A program made the position numbers and the translations under genes. Shown here piece after piece: positions 7,832 to 16,721 of a stretch of 64,000 bases of DNA. Every line of letters starts with the position of its first letter. The stretch's first letter is position 1. Below the pieces are notes generated by a model that made no database searches, was not told the origin of the DNA, and worked only from the letters and a program-made list of their open reading frames with translations. Origin of the DNA: Rickettsiales bacterium (GTDB lineage: Bacteria; Pseudomonadota; Alphaproteobacteria; Rickettsiales; JABCZZ01); contig DASTXE010000005.1 in the NCBI GenBank assembly GCA_035765535.1, forward strand, positions 36,684-100,683. Reading direction: 5' to 3'.

Positions 7832-10048
7832 TCAGGCGCGGGAGGTTTTTGCGTAGGATTCCGTTACCGTATGGAGTGGTGAGCCTGCTTCCGGCATATT
7901 GCTTGCACCAGCCTGCACGCTGACAGGGCCTTCGAAGGTGATGGAAGTCTCATCATGCTCAGGAGCTTCCTGTTTTGCGTAGCGCTGCGTATAGCTTGCT
8001 TTTTCATGCGACACCTTAGAAGTTCCTTCCTGATTGGGCTTCTTTTCAGCCGCAGGTGAGGATTTATGCTCAAACTGCTTTTCCAGTTCTGCTGCATTTG
8101 CATCAATAACATCCTGTGACATTGTCAAAGCAGGATTGGCAGAGGGTGCTTTGTCATCAGGTTTCTTGACGTCTGAATGGTGATTCGCTGGCTTGTCGGT
8201 TTCCTTGCCCCAGTCTTCACGCCACATCTGTACCATGTCGCGGTAATCTTTCTGTTCCTGGGCGACTTTCTTTCCGGTTCCCATCAGGCGGGCAAAGCGT
8301 CCGATCAGACCGCCGATCTGCTGGAAATCGATCTGCATCGTATCGATTCCGCATTCATAGAGTGTCTTATCCAGTCCTCGACCGGTAAAATGTTCTTTTA
8401 AGTCCTTGGCCAGGTCTTCCTGCTTGTCTTTCGGCACGCCGCCTTCCTGCCAGTACTTATCACGAACACCATTGAGCTTATCGACAAACTTCTTAATATG
8501 TTCGCCGGTCAATTCAACGCCTGCGGCTTTCGCAAGTGGCCCCATGACGGTGTAGGCGTAATATTCAAACTGTTCAGGGCGCTGTGAAGGGTTATGTTCG
8601 GCGTATTTGCGCAAATATTGCAGGCCTTCGCGCACACCGAAATAGGAATAAGTCGTATTGCCTGTGAGTACGTCAAGCCCGGGGCTGGTGATATTACGGT
8701 CCTGCATGGATACGACGCGGTAGGCGAGCGATGAGCCATAGTTGATGCCGGGAATAATAGGGACCAGATAAGTTCCGGCTGCGGAGCCGAATATACTGGA
8801 CGACGCGATGAAAGGGATCATTCTGTCGCCGTGATGTTGCCTGACTCTTGCCACGTAATCTTCCAAAGAATCAGGATTGCTGTTTCTAAGGTAAGTGCTT
8901 TTATAGGCGTGCTTACTACCGATCATGACACCCACGGCGCAGAATGCCGCAAATACATATTTGCCGGCGGCGGTGAGCAATTTGTTTTTTGCGTCCGAAT
9001 ATTCAGGGTTCGGCGCCATAATGCCGTTGAGGGATTGCAGCGGCTTTGGAAGGCTTGCTTCTTTAAAGCCAGCGCCACCGGCAAGGCCTTTGCCGGTAAG
9101 CAGTTTGCCTGCTGCAAGACCCAGAGTGCCGCCAGCGGTCAGGCCAATCGCCGACCAGAAACGGTGAACGGGAATAACGGCCAGGGCCGAGTCCGCCATC
9201 CAGTCTGCGACTTTCAGAACCTTGCCGTTCAACAGTCCTTTTTCTTCTTTCTCGTCGCGTTTCTTCCCTACGGCATCGACATATTGCTGCGCCGATATTT
9301 TTGACACATCTTCATTGATATCCACATCGGAAGCTGCGCGTTCCCGCTTGCGCGAGATATAATGCGCGAACAATCCAAGTCCGGCAATCACCGCTCCCAT
9401 TTCACCCGCTGCCCACATGATGCGGCTGCGGGTAGGGGCAGGCGGTGCTTTCTTGGAGTTATTTCCCAGCCAGAAAGCCGTATTCAGCGATGTCCCGTAG
9501 AGAAGGCCGGTAAGACCTGAAGCGCTCGAAGGCCAGGCTGTAAGTCCAGCAGCGAGGCGCCATGTCTTGCCTTTTGCATAGGAATCGACTGCGGCCTGTT
9601 CGGCTGCGGTGAGGCCTTTGCTCGCCGACTTTTTAACCAGATCCTTGAACTTTTGATTTGTGCCATTCTGTTCGAAGAAATAGGCGCTTCCCATGATGGC
9701 GCCTGTTGCACCGCCGACTGCCGGCAGCATCTTATGCACGATCGTCAGTTCCTTATCCCTCTTCTCGTCGGAATGTGGATTGGATTTTATGATGCCATGC
9801 AGAGGGCGCAGAATGGAAGGTACATTTTCTTTCAGGATTTCTTCATGGTGTCCGCCATTGATGCGGTGACCATACATGATATCGCCGATATATTTTACGC
9901 CGTTAAATCCCGCAACCATCCCCAGCACGTTAAACAGGCGGTGCATGGCGGGCAGTGTTTTAAGCGGATTGGAGTTTTCGGCGGGAATGGCGTGAAACCC
10001 GCTCGACACTTTATTCATCCGTTCATGTATATTATCGAATGCTGCCAT
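7832..10048 (-). CDS. Hypothetical large glycine-rich polytopic membrane protein (738 aa) with a hydrophilic C-terminal tail
   Basis: Long uninterrupted ORF. It has several Gly/Ala-rich hydrophobic segments (AVGGATGAIMGSAYFF, IMWAAGEMGAVIAGLGLFAHYI, FWSAIGLTAGGTLGLAAGKLL). The C-terminal ~130 aa are charged and contain the module KPDDKAPSANPALTMSQDVIDANAAELEKQFEHK. Confidence 0.6.
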   Translation of the reverse strand: MAAFDNIHERMNKVSSGFHAIPAENSNPLKTLPAMHRLFNVLGMVAGFNGVKYIGDIMYGHRINGGHHEEILKENVPSILRPLHGIIKSNPHSDEKRDKELTIVHKMLPAVGGATGAIMGSAYFFEQNGTNQKFKDLVKKSASKGLTAAEQAAVDSYAKGKTWRLAAGLTAWPSSASGLTGLLYGTSLNTAFWLGNNSKKAPPAPTRSRIMWAAGEMGAVIAGLGLFAHYISRKRERAASDVDINEDVSKISAQQYVDAVGKKRDEKEEKGLLNGKVLKVADWMADSALAVIPVHRFWSAIGLTAGGTLGLAAGKLLTGKGLAGGAGFKEASLPKPLQSLNGIMAPNPEYSDAKNKLLTAAGKYVFAAFCAVGVMIGSKHAYKSTYLRNSNPDSLEDYVARVRQHHGDRMIPFIASSSIFGSAAGTYLVPIIPGINYGSSLAYRVVSMQDRNITSPGLDVLTGNTTYSYFGVREGLQYLRKYAEHNPSQRPEQFEYYAYTVMGPLAKAAGVELTGEHIKKFVDKLNGVRDKYWQEGGVPKDKQEDLAKDLKEHFTGRGLDKTLYECGIDTMQIDFQQIGGLIGRFARLMGTGKKVAQEQKDYRDMVQMWREDWGKETDKPANHHSDVKKPDDKAPSANPALTMSQDVIDANAAELEKQFEHKSSPAAEKKPNQEGTSKVSHEKASYTQRYAKQEAPEHDETSITFEGPVSVQAGASNMPEAGSPLHTVTESYAKTSRA

Positions 10049-10277
10049 AGAGATGGAGTAATTATTACTTATGTTTATTTTACCATCTGATACTTCCCGC
10101 TCTCAATGTAATTCAATGATGTAAAACAATATTTCATAAAACTGTCATAATTGAAAAGTTGACGAAACCGTTGGTACGGGCTGCACCTGTGGGGTGTATA
10201 TAGGGTGATGATTCCCTGTGCATAAGTTAAATCATGCTGAGAGGCATCTCATTCGTAAATGTTTTTATATACTGTTT

Positions 10278-10457
10278 TTCTTATATTTCTTATGCCTACG
10301 AAAAGGCATGCAACCCTAAGGTTGTTATTCTAATAGTTGTATTATTATTTGATTGATGCTTTTTAGGGTGGAAAAATCTAACAGTAAAAAATGAGTTTTT
10401 CTTATACTTATAATTACTATAAGAATTATAAATATTTCTTGGTAACATCTTTCTTAT
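10278..10457. repeat. Four copies of TTCTTAT(A/G) plus a nested palindrome, inside an AT-rich 474-bp intergenic region
   Basis: TTCTTAT occurs at 10278, 10287, 10399 and 10451. Palindrome CTTATAATT-N8-AATTATAA(A) lies at 10407-10431, containing CTTATA/TATAAG. Function unknown. Confidence 0.3.
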
Positions 10458-10522
10458 AGAAATAATATAAAGCCGTACCTAGAAAACAAGTAACCTGTTC
10501 TCAAATTCGCCTTACGAAAAGA

Positions 10523-11311
10523 TTAGAATGGAGATACGGCATCGATTACCTGACTACCCCAACGACGCTGCTGCGTGTCCATGTTCTGGCCGCGGCCGCC
10601 GTAGGTAATACGTGCTTCGGCGATCTGTGTGGAATCGATCGTATTGGTGGAGTCAATATCCTGCGGTCTCACCACTCCCTTAATGGAGACTTCCCTGATA
10701 TCGTAATTCATCAGGAATTCCTGTTTGCCGCTGATGACGAAGTTCCCGTTGGGCAGAACCTGCATAATCATTGCGGCGACCTGTGTCTGAACGGTCTCCT
10801 TGCGTTTGGCTACCACGTTGCCCTGATGGTTATTGCTGCCGGTTAAATCCACCAGATCGGCAGGATTGGGATTGCCGCCTGGCAGACGGGAGAGTTTCTT
10901 CTGCAAGCCCAGGAATGCGGGGGCTTTCACGCTTTCCGCCGTGGTGCGCGTGCTGGTGGTGTTATTATCAAATTCGGCCTGATCGGTGATATTGATCTTC
11001 ACACGCAGAATATCGCCGACGCGGGCAGCCCTGCCGTCGCGATAAAACGCACGCGCGCCGGGTTGCCATAATGAATTAGCTTCAGGCTTTGGCGGAGGTG
11101 GAGACTCCGGTAGAGGCCAGGTCTGTCCCTTATAATCCGGGGCTGCTGTCGGATCATTTATTTTAGCAAGCGGCGGCGGTTTGCCGATTGAATCCAGCCT
11201 ATCGAACAGGCTCTGGCACGAGCTGAGCGACAGCAGCAGTATGCAGGCAGCGCTTAGTGCTTTTCCTGTCTGCAATGCTGTGTTGGAGCTAGAGTGATGG
11301 GATAGTTTCAC
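10523..11311 (-). CDS. flgH: Flagellar L-ring lipoprotein
   Basis: 262 aa. Lipobox LSLSSC. FlgH core (VGDILRVKINITD..., ITYGGRG). Confidence 0.9.
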   Translation of the reverse strand: MKLSHHSSSNTALQTGKALSAACILLLSLSSCQSLFDRLDSIGKPPPLAKINDPTAAPDYKGQTWPLPESPPPPKPEANSLWQPGARAFYRDGRAARVGDILRVKINITDQAEFDNNTTSTRTTAESVKAPAFLGLQKKLSRLPGGNPNPADLVDLTGSNNHQGNVVAKRKETVQTQVAAMIMQVLPNGNFVISGKQEFLMNYDIREVSIKGVVRPQDIDSTNTIDSTQIAEARITYGGRGQNMDTQQRRWGSQVIDAVSPF

Positions 11312-12054
11312 ATTGTCCCCGCTGTATCTTTGCCTGGCGGGCTTACGCGTACCAGGTCGCTGGTTTCCACAGTGGCATCGATTACCGATTTGCTGGAAAG
11401 ATTCTTTACGCGAACTATATCGCCCTTTGCTCCGTTATCGAGTGCCTGCCCGATGGTGCGAATCTCAAGATTGCCGGAGCGGTATAGCATGGTTACGCGC
11501 GCGCCTTTATGCATGAGCGCCGCATTTTCAATTTCATCCTGACGGATAGGGCGGTTTTGCGAGATGGCATGTCTTGGAGATTTTCCAATCAGCATTTTTG
11601 TATCCGTGATAATGTCGTTGCGCATGAATCGGTCAGACTGTTTTTCATATCTTATGTCATCTGCACTGATGACCTCATCCGCGCGCACAGTGTGGGTGAG
11701 TACGGGAATCTGCTTTATGACGTCGTAATTACCGGTGAGCACGACAGGAGCAAGATTCTTATCGCCGGTTTTCAACAGCAGCACGGCTCTCCAGACGGTG
11801 CTTTTATCGTCAAAGCTGAGATTATCCACTTCACCTGTGATAGGGCTGCTGGCATTGGCGACGATACCGTCCTCGCGTACTTCATTGATGCGCACATGCA
11901 CGTCGTTGCCGGCGCCAGCCTTGGAAAGCGCTTCGGCGATCAACTGGGATGCGTTATAACCGGTGAATACGCCGGGGGTATCCGCATAGGCATATCCTGA
12001 AGCCAGCATCAGGGCTGCGCATATCGTCCAGAATTTTCTAACCACACCTTCCAT
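11308..12054 (-). CDS. flgA: Flagellar basal-body P-ring formation chaperone
   Basis: 248 aa. Signal peptide, SAF-like segment (VISADDIRYE), and C-terminal KGARVTMLYRSGNLEIRTIGQALDNGAKGDIVRVKNLSS. 4-nt overlap with flgH. Confidence 0.85.
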   Translation of the reverse strand: MEGVVRKFWTICAALMLASGYAYADTPGVFTGYNASQLIAEALSKAGAGNDVHVRINEVREDGIVANASSPITGEVDNLSFDDKSTVWRAVLLLKTGDKNLAPVVLTGNYDVIKQIPVLTHTVRADEVISADDIRYEKQSDRFMRNDIITDTKMLIGKSPRHAISQNRPIRQDEIENAALMHKGARVTMLYRSGNLEIRTIGQALDNGAKGDIVRVKNLSSKSVIDATVETSDLVRVSPPGKDTAGTM

Positions 12055-12133
12055 AACTCAACACCATCTTCAGCAGTCCCACACTATGTATCTATCCTAC
12101 CGGGACCGATTATACAATGGCCTTATTCCCTGA

Positions 12134-12922
12134 TTACCCGATCTGGCCTAAGGTCTGGAGCATCTGATCGGAAGCGGTGATGACTTTTGTGTTCATTTCA
12201 TAAGCGCGTTGGGCAGTGATCAGCGTGGTGATTTCCGTCACCGGATTGACGTTAGAGGTTTCCAGGAACCCTTGCTCGATTGAGCCTACGCCATCTACGG
12301 CGGGAGTGCCGACCACGGGTGCACCTGAAGCCTGCGTTTCAGAGTAAAGATTATGGCCGAGTGCCTGCAGACCGTTTTCGTTAATGAATGTTGCAAGCTG
12401 AAGCTGGCCCAGATTGCTTGGGTCCACCTGGTTCGGAATGGTCGCTTCCACTACACCGGAGGCATTGACACTTACGCTCGTAGCATTGGGTGGAATCGTA
12501 ATGTTGGGCACGACCGGGTAGCCATCTGCCGTTACGATTTCACCGGTTGAGGAAAGCTGGAACGTGCCATCACGCGTATAGGACGTGCTGCCGTCCGGCA
12601 TGGTTACCTGAAAATAACCCAGCCCGTTGATGGTCAGGTCGAGCGGGCCGGAGGTGGAGTTCGGGGTGCCCTGCGCAAGGTCGCGGTGGATAGCAGCCGT
12701 CTGCACACCGAGGCCCAGCTGGATGCCGACCGGATTCACCGTGCCGGTGTCAGAAGAGGTGGTGCCCACGCGCTTCAGATTGACATAAAGCAGATCCCGG
12801 AATTCTGGAATCTGCCGTTTGTATGCTGTGGTGCTGACGTTCGCGAGGTTGTTCGAAACCACGTCTACGCTGGTTTGCTGTGCCTGCAATCCGCTGGCGG
12901 CTATGTCGAGAGAGAGAAACAT
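12134..12922 (-). CDS. flgG: Flagellar basal-body rod protein FlgG
   Basis: 262 aa. N-terminal rod motif SGLQAQQTSVDVVSNNLANVSTTAYKR and C-terminal TSNVNPVTEITTLITAQRAYEMNTKVI. Confidence 0.92.
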   Translation of the reverse strand: MFLSLDIAASGLQAQQTSVDVVSNNLANVSTTAYKRQIPEFRDLLYVNLKRVGTTSSDTGTVNPVGIQLGLGVQTAAIHRDLAQGTPNSTSGPLDLTINGLGYFQVTMPDGSTSYTRDGTFQLSSTGEIVTADGYPVVPNITIPPNATSVSVNASGVVEATIPNQVDPSNLGQLQLATFINENGLQALGHNLYSETQASGAPVVGTPAVDGVGSIEQGFLETSNVNPVTEITTLITAQRAYEMNTKVITASDQMLQTLGQIG

Positions 12923-12941
12923 TTATATTATCTCCGTAACG

Positions 12942-13664
12942 TTAATATACTTTTGCCAGGGTATCGGAAGCTTTGCGGGCCAGCGTGTTGATCGTGCTGA
13001 TATAGTTCGCCGTATCGCCCAGGCTGCGCGAAGTGGCGATCATATGGGTCAGCGCCAGCACCGGCTTTACGTTGGAGCCTTCCAGCATGCCGCCAGCGAC
13101 GGTGAAGTTCTGGGCAGGTTTTGCCGGTGCGGCGGATTTAAACATGGTATTGCCGACTTTTTCCAGCAGATGATCATTATCGAACTGCACGATGTTAAGT
13201 GTCGCGCGATTTGTGCCGTCGACGCTGACGGAGCCGTCTTCGCGGAAGATAATATTTCGATCGGTTTCGTCGAAGGTGATGGGCTGGTTGGTCTGGTCCA
13301 TTACCGGGTAACCTTCCAGCGTGACCAGCACTCCGGTTGCGTTGACTTTGAAGTTGCCGCTACGGGTGTAACGTGTGCCAAGCGGTGTCTGCACTACGAA
13401 GTAGCCCGTACCGAGGATGGCCGCGTCCAGTGGATTTCCGGTGGATTCCAGCGGACCCTGTGAATTGTCGCGGAAGGTGCCGATGTCATTTGCATAGGCA
13501 ATGTTGTTCTCACGCAATGGCGTATTGACGAGATAATCCCTGAACAGAAGGCTGTCACCCTGGTAACCTGTGGTTGCCATGTTTGCCAGATTGTTGGCGG
13601 TCACATCCACATCGCGCAGGATTCCGAGTTCCTTCGACAATGCTACATATATGCCAGTATCCAT
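12942..13664 (-). CDS. flgF: Flagellar basal-body rod protein FlgF
   Basis: 240 aa. NNLANMATTGYQ near the N-terminus and GSNVKPVLALTHMIATSRS near the C-terminus. Lies upstream of flgG, as in alphaproteobacterial flgFGAH operons. Confidence 0.88.
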   Translation of the reverse strand: MDTGIYVALSKELGILRDVDVTANNLANMATTGYQGDSLLFRDYLVNTPLRENNIAYANDIGTFRDNSQGPLESTGNPLDAAILGTGYFVVQTPLGTRYTRSGNFKVNATGVLVTLEGYPVMDQTNQPITFDETDRNIIFREDGSVSVDGTNRATLNIVQFDNDHLLEKVGNTMFKSAAPAKPAQNFTVAGGMLEGSNVKPVLALTHMIATSRSLGDTANYISTINTLARKASDTLAKVY

Positions 13665-13704
13665 CTGTCTACCTCATAAATGCTTTGACTGCATAAATTA
13701 AGAC

Positions 13705-13719
13705 GCAATTTTTGTGCCA
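13705..13719 (-). promoter_or_regulatory. Sigma-54 (-24/-12) promoter upstream of flgF
   Basis: The minus strand reads T-TGGCAC-AAAAA-TTGC-G, a perfect TGGCAC-N5-TTGC. The -12 element lies ~40 nt upstream of the flgF ATG (13664). rpoN is encoded in the same window. Confidence 0.6.
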
Positions 13720-13843
13720 ACACGATTTGTTGCGCTTAGTATGATCACGAGCGGCTGAATTCTGCGATTGTGAAAAATGCGGATGCAATGGGATGAGGGT
13801 AATTCTTTCCTGCCTGCGGCAAATTTTTCCGCGAGAGGGGAAG

Positions 13844-14548
13844 TTATTTCAGGCTTTCGTATATTGCCTTGGCCGCTTCATGCGGATTTTCCGCTTCCGT
13901 GATCGGGCGGCCAATGACGAGATAGTCAGCACCTTTTTTCATGGCCTCTGCTGGGGTGAGCGTGCGTTTCTGATCATCTGCCGCGCTGCCTGCCGGTCTG
14001 ATGCCGGGAACGACAAGCGTGAAATCATTGCCGCATTGCTTGCGCAGTGCTGCGATTTCATAAGCGGAACAGACTACGCCGTCGAGGCGGCAGCTCTGTG
14101 CGAGGTCTGCAAGGCGCGCGACCTGATCGTTCAGGTTATCCTTAATGCCGACCATGTTGAGATCATCCTGGTCCAGGCTGGTGAGTACGGTGACACCGAT
14201 GATGAGCGGGCGATCCTTGCCGGTCAGGTATGCTACTTCCATAGAGGCGTCGATGGCAGCCTGTAGCATTGCTCTTCCACCGGCAGTGTGCACCGTCATC
14301 ATGAAAGTATTGATTCCGGCGGTTGCTTTAATGGCTTTGGCAACCGTGTTCGGAATATCGTGGAATTTCAGGTCGAGAAATACCGGTATATTGTGGTTGG
14401 CAAGCTTCCTTACGCCGCGCGCCCCGTTGGCTGTAAAGAATTCCAGGCCGAGCTTAATGGCTCCTATATCATCCCGCAAGGTTTTGATAAGGCTATCGGA
14501 TTCGTTGACGTCGGTGGTGTCGATGGCGCAGATTACCGGGTTTTTCAT
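13844..14548 (-). CDS. pyrF: Orotidine 5'-phosphate decarboxylase
   Basis: 234 aa, with ICAIDT..., IKLGLEFF and VFLDLKFHDIPNTV motifs. Confidence 0.92.
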   Translation of the reverse strand: MKNPVICAIDTTDVNESDSLIKTLRDDIGAIKLGLEFFTANGARGVRKLANHNIPVFLDLKFHDIPNTVAKAIKATAGINTFMMTVHTAGGRAMLQAAIDASMEVAYLTGKDRPLIIGVTVLTSLDQDDLNMVGIKDNLNDQVARLADLAQSCRLDGVVCSAYEIAALRKQCGNDFTLVVPGIRPAGSAADDQKRTLTPAEAMKKGADYLVIGRPITEAENPHEAAKAIYESLK

Positions 14549-14656
14549 ACTTTATTTCTGTGTGTTTATGCTGTAATAAAACGCTTGTACTGTTTTGTGC
14601 AACGAATATTTTTTCGCTCATGGGTTACCATACCATAAAGGCATTCACAAATATAT

Positions 14657-15502
14657 ATGCGGATATTAATTGTTACGGGATTATCAGGGGCAGGGAAGTC
14701 GGTCGCGTTAAAGACGCTGGAGGACATAGGCTGTGAGGCTGTCGACAATGTCCCGCTGCTGTTAATTCCGTCGCTTGTTGCTTCCGGCTATGGTGAGTCT
14801 CACAGCCTGGCTATCGGTGAGGATGTGCGCAGCCGTGATTTTTCACTCTCCCATTTTAAGGATGTAGTGGCGGCGCTGCAGAAGCAGGGGCACAAAGTAG
14901 AAGTGCTCTTTCTGGACTGTGACGACAGCGTCCTGCAGTTGCGTTTCACCGAGACAAGACGCAAACACCCACTCGCGCTGGACAGGCCCGTCATGGACGG
15001 CATTGCGCATGAGCGTGAGATGTTCTCACATCTGCGTGATCTGGCGGATGTGACATTCGATACGAGCCAGTGGAGCAACGGCGATCTGCGCCGGGCAATC
15101 CGTGAATATTACGGTAATGACAATAAGCGGCTTTCGGTCTTCGTTACTTCATTTTCTTTTAAACGCGGTGTGCCGCGCGATGCGGATATCGTGTTCGACG
15201 TCCGTTTCTTACGTAACCCGTTTTATGACGATACTTTGCGAGACCAGACAGGACTCGATGCGGGGGTTGTACGTTTTATCGAGAATGACCCCGATGCGGG
15301 CACTTTCTTTCATAATTTAACGGTATTATTAGAGCCTCTGCTGCCGCGTTACCTGGAAGAAGGCAAGAGCTATCTGACGATTGCTATCGGCTGCACGGGG
15401 GGGAGGCACCGTTCTGTTTTCATGACTGAAAAGCTTGCTGGATTTTTAAGGCAGAAAGAGTATAACGTAGGCATCCGGCATCGCGATCTGGAAAAAGAGT
15501 GA
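14657..15502 (+). CDS. rapZ: RNase adapter / nucleotide-binding protein RapZ (YhbJ)
   Basis: 281 aa. N-terminal Walker A VTGLSGAGKS. C-terminal IGCTGGRHRSV motif. Confidence 0.9.
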   Translation: MRILIVTGLSGAGKSVALKTLEDIGCEAVDNVPLLLIPSLVASGYGESHSLAIGEDVRSRDFSLSHFKDVVAALQKQGHKVEVLFLDCDDSVLQLRFTETRRKHPLALDRPVMDGIAHEREMFSHLRDLADVTFDTSQWSNGDLRRAIREYYGNDNKRLSVFVTSFSFKRGVPRDADIVFDVRFLRNPFYDDTLRDQTGLDAGVVRFIENDPDAGTFFHNLTVLLEPLLPRYLEEGKSYLTIAIGCTGGRHRSVFMTEKLAGFLRQKEYNVGIRHRDLEKE

Positions 15503-15536
15503 TATAGATTTATATCATAAAACAAAAGGATAAAGA

Positions 15537-15965
15537 ATGATTGGTATTGTTGTTGTTTCGCACGGCAAGCTGGCCCTGGATTTTATTTCCGCAACGGAAC
15601 ATGTGGTCGGCAAGCAGGAAAATATCCGGGCGATCTGCATTGAACCGGATGACGATGTAGAAAAAAGGCGCGAAGATATCATCGCTGCCGTTAAGGAAGT
15701 CGATACCGGCAAAGGGGTTGCGGTACTCACGGACATGTTCGGCGGGACACCTTCCAATCTGGCAATCTCAATTATGGGCAAGGTTCCCGTAGAAGTGATA
15801 GCAGGGGTGAACCTTCCGCTGTTGGTGAAGCTCGCAAGCATCCGTTCCACCGTCCCGATTACGGAAGCGGTGAGCATGGCGCAGGAAGCTGGCCGCAAAT
15901 ATATCAATGTTGCGAGCAACCTGCTTTCCATGGAACCCAAGAAGGATAAAGTCGGCAATGGGTGA
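15537..15965 (+). CDS. PTS EIIA component, mannose family (regulatory PTS)
   Basis: 142 aa. MIGIVVVSHGKLA (phosphorylatable His near position 9-10) and TDMFGGTPSN. Confidence 0.85.
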   Translation: MIGIVVVSHGKLALDFISATEHVVGKQENIRAICIEPDDDVEKRREDIIAAVKEVDTGKGVAVLTDMFGGTPSNLAISIMGKVPVEVIAGVNLPLLVKLASIRSTVPITEAVSMAQEAGRKYINVASNLLSMEPKKDKVGNG

Positions 15966-16260
15966 CACGGAGCTCGTAGTCAGGATTGCCAACAAGAAAG
16001 GCCTGCATGCGCGGGCTGCAGCTAAGTTCGTAAGAACCGCTGAAATATATGACGCCAAAGTGCTGGTGGCAAAAGTCGCCGGTGCAGGCGTGGCTGATGG
16101 TGCTCAGGCTACGGATGTTTCCGGCGGTTCTATACTCGGCCTGATGATGCTGGGTGCTGAATGCAATTCCAGCATTCGTCTTCGTATCAGTGGGGCTCAG
16201 GCTGCCGACGCCGCAGATGCGCTTAAGAAGCTGGTCGAAGACAAATTCGGCGAAGATTAG
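15958..16260 (+). CDS. ptsH: HPr/NPr phosphocarrier protein
   Basis: I place the start at ATG 15958, which overlaps the EIIA stop (ATGGGTGA) rather than the track start at 15907. His15 motif KKGLHARAAAKF and the Ser46 region GGSILGLMMLGA. Confidence 0.85.
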   Translation: MGDTELVVRIANKKGLHARAAAKFVRTAEIYDAKVLVAKVAGAGVADGAQATDVSGGSILGLMMLGAECNSSIRLRISGAQAADAADALKKLVEDKFGED

Positions 16261-16266
16261 TTTTCC

Positions 16267-16716
16267 ATGGAATATAATTTGCTGCACAAACTCAGTGGAA
16301 TCTGGGAGGGTGAAGAAATGATCGTCCCTTCCAAGTGGGGAGCGGGCGGAATAGCCAAGGCTTATATTACTGCCCGTGAGCAGTGGAGTGGCAAGATGCT
16401 GACGCAGGAATATAGCGCGGTGCGCGATGGGAAGTCCTGGCTGCAGGCGCATGCCGTGTTTACATGCAGTGCTGAATTAAAGCAGTATAAGCTTTTCTGG
16501 TTTGACAGTTTCGGATTCGTCCCCGCACAGCCAGCTGAAGGAATTCTTGAAAACGCAGATACGCTCTCTTTTATCCGTGTCTCCGAACGCGGCATGACTC
16601 GCCATATTTATAATTTTAAGCAAGACGGTAAATACAGCCTGCAGCTTGAAAGCTCATTCGATGGCGGCGCTTCCTGGGAAGCTGTCATGAACGGAGAATA
16701 TGTGCGTGTTGCGTAA
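16267..16716 (+). CDS. Hypothetical protein, DUF1579-like
   Basis: 149 aa. The LSGIWEGEE... start and overall pattern resemble DUF1579 proteins. Recognised from memory only. Confidence 0.45.
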   Translation: MEYNLLHKLSGIWEGEEMIVPSKWGAGGIAKAYITAREQWSGKMLTQEYSAVRDGKSWLQAHAVFTCSAELKQYKLFWFDSFGFVPAQPAEGILENADTLSFIRVSERGMTRHIYNFKQDGKYSLQLESSFDGGASWEAVMNGEYVRVA

Positions 16717-16721
16717 TAGGC

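Noticed and set aside
10234-10356. 40-codon ORF (MLRGISFVNVFIYCFSYISYAYEKACNPKVVILIVVLLFD) in the AT-rich intergenic region
   Set aside because: It has no Shine-Dalgarno sequence. Its hydrophobic composition is what AT/T-rich DNA gives by chance. Kept only as a note inside the intergenic finding.
11214-11228. Plus-strand TGGCAC-N5-GAGC match resembling a sigma-54 promoter
   Set aside because: It lies inside flgH on the antisense strand with no downstream plus-strand gene, and its -12 element is imperfect (GAGC instead of TTGC).
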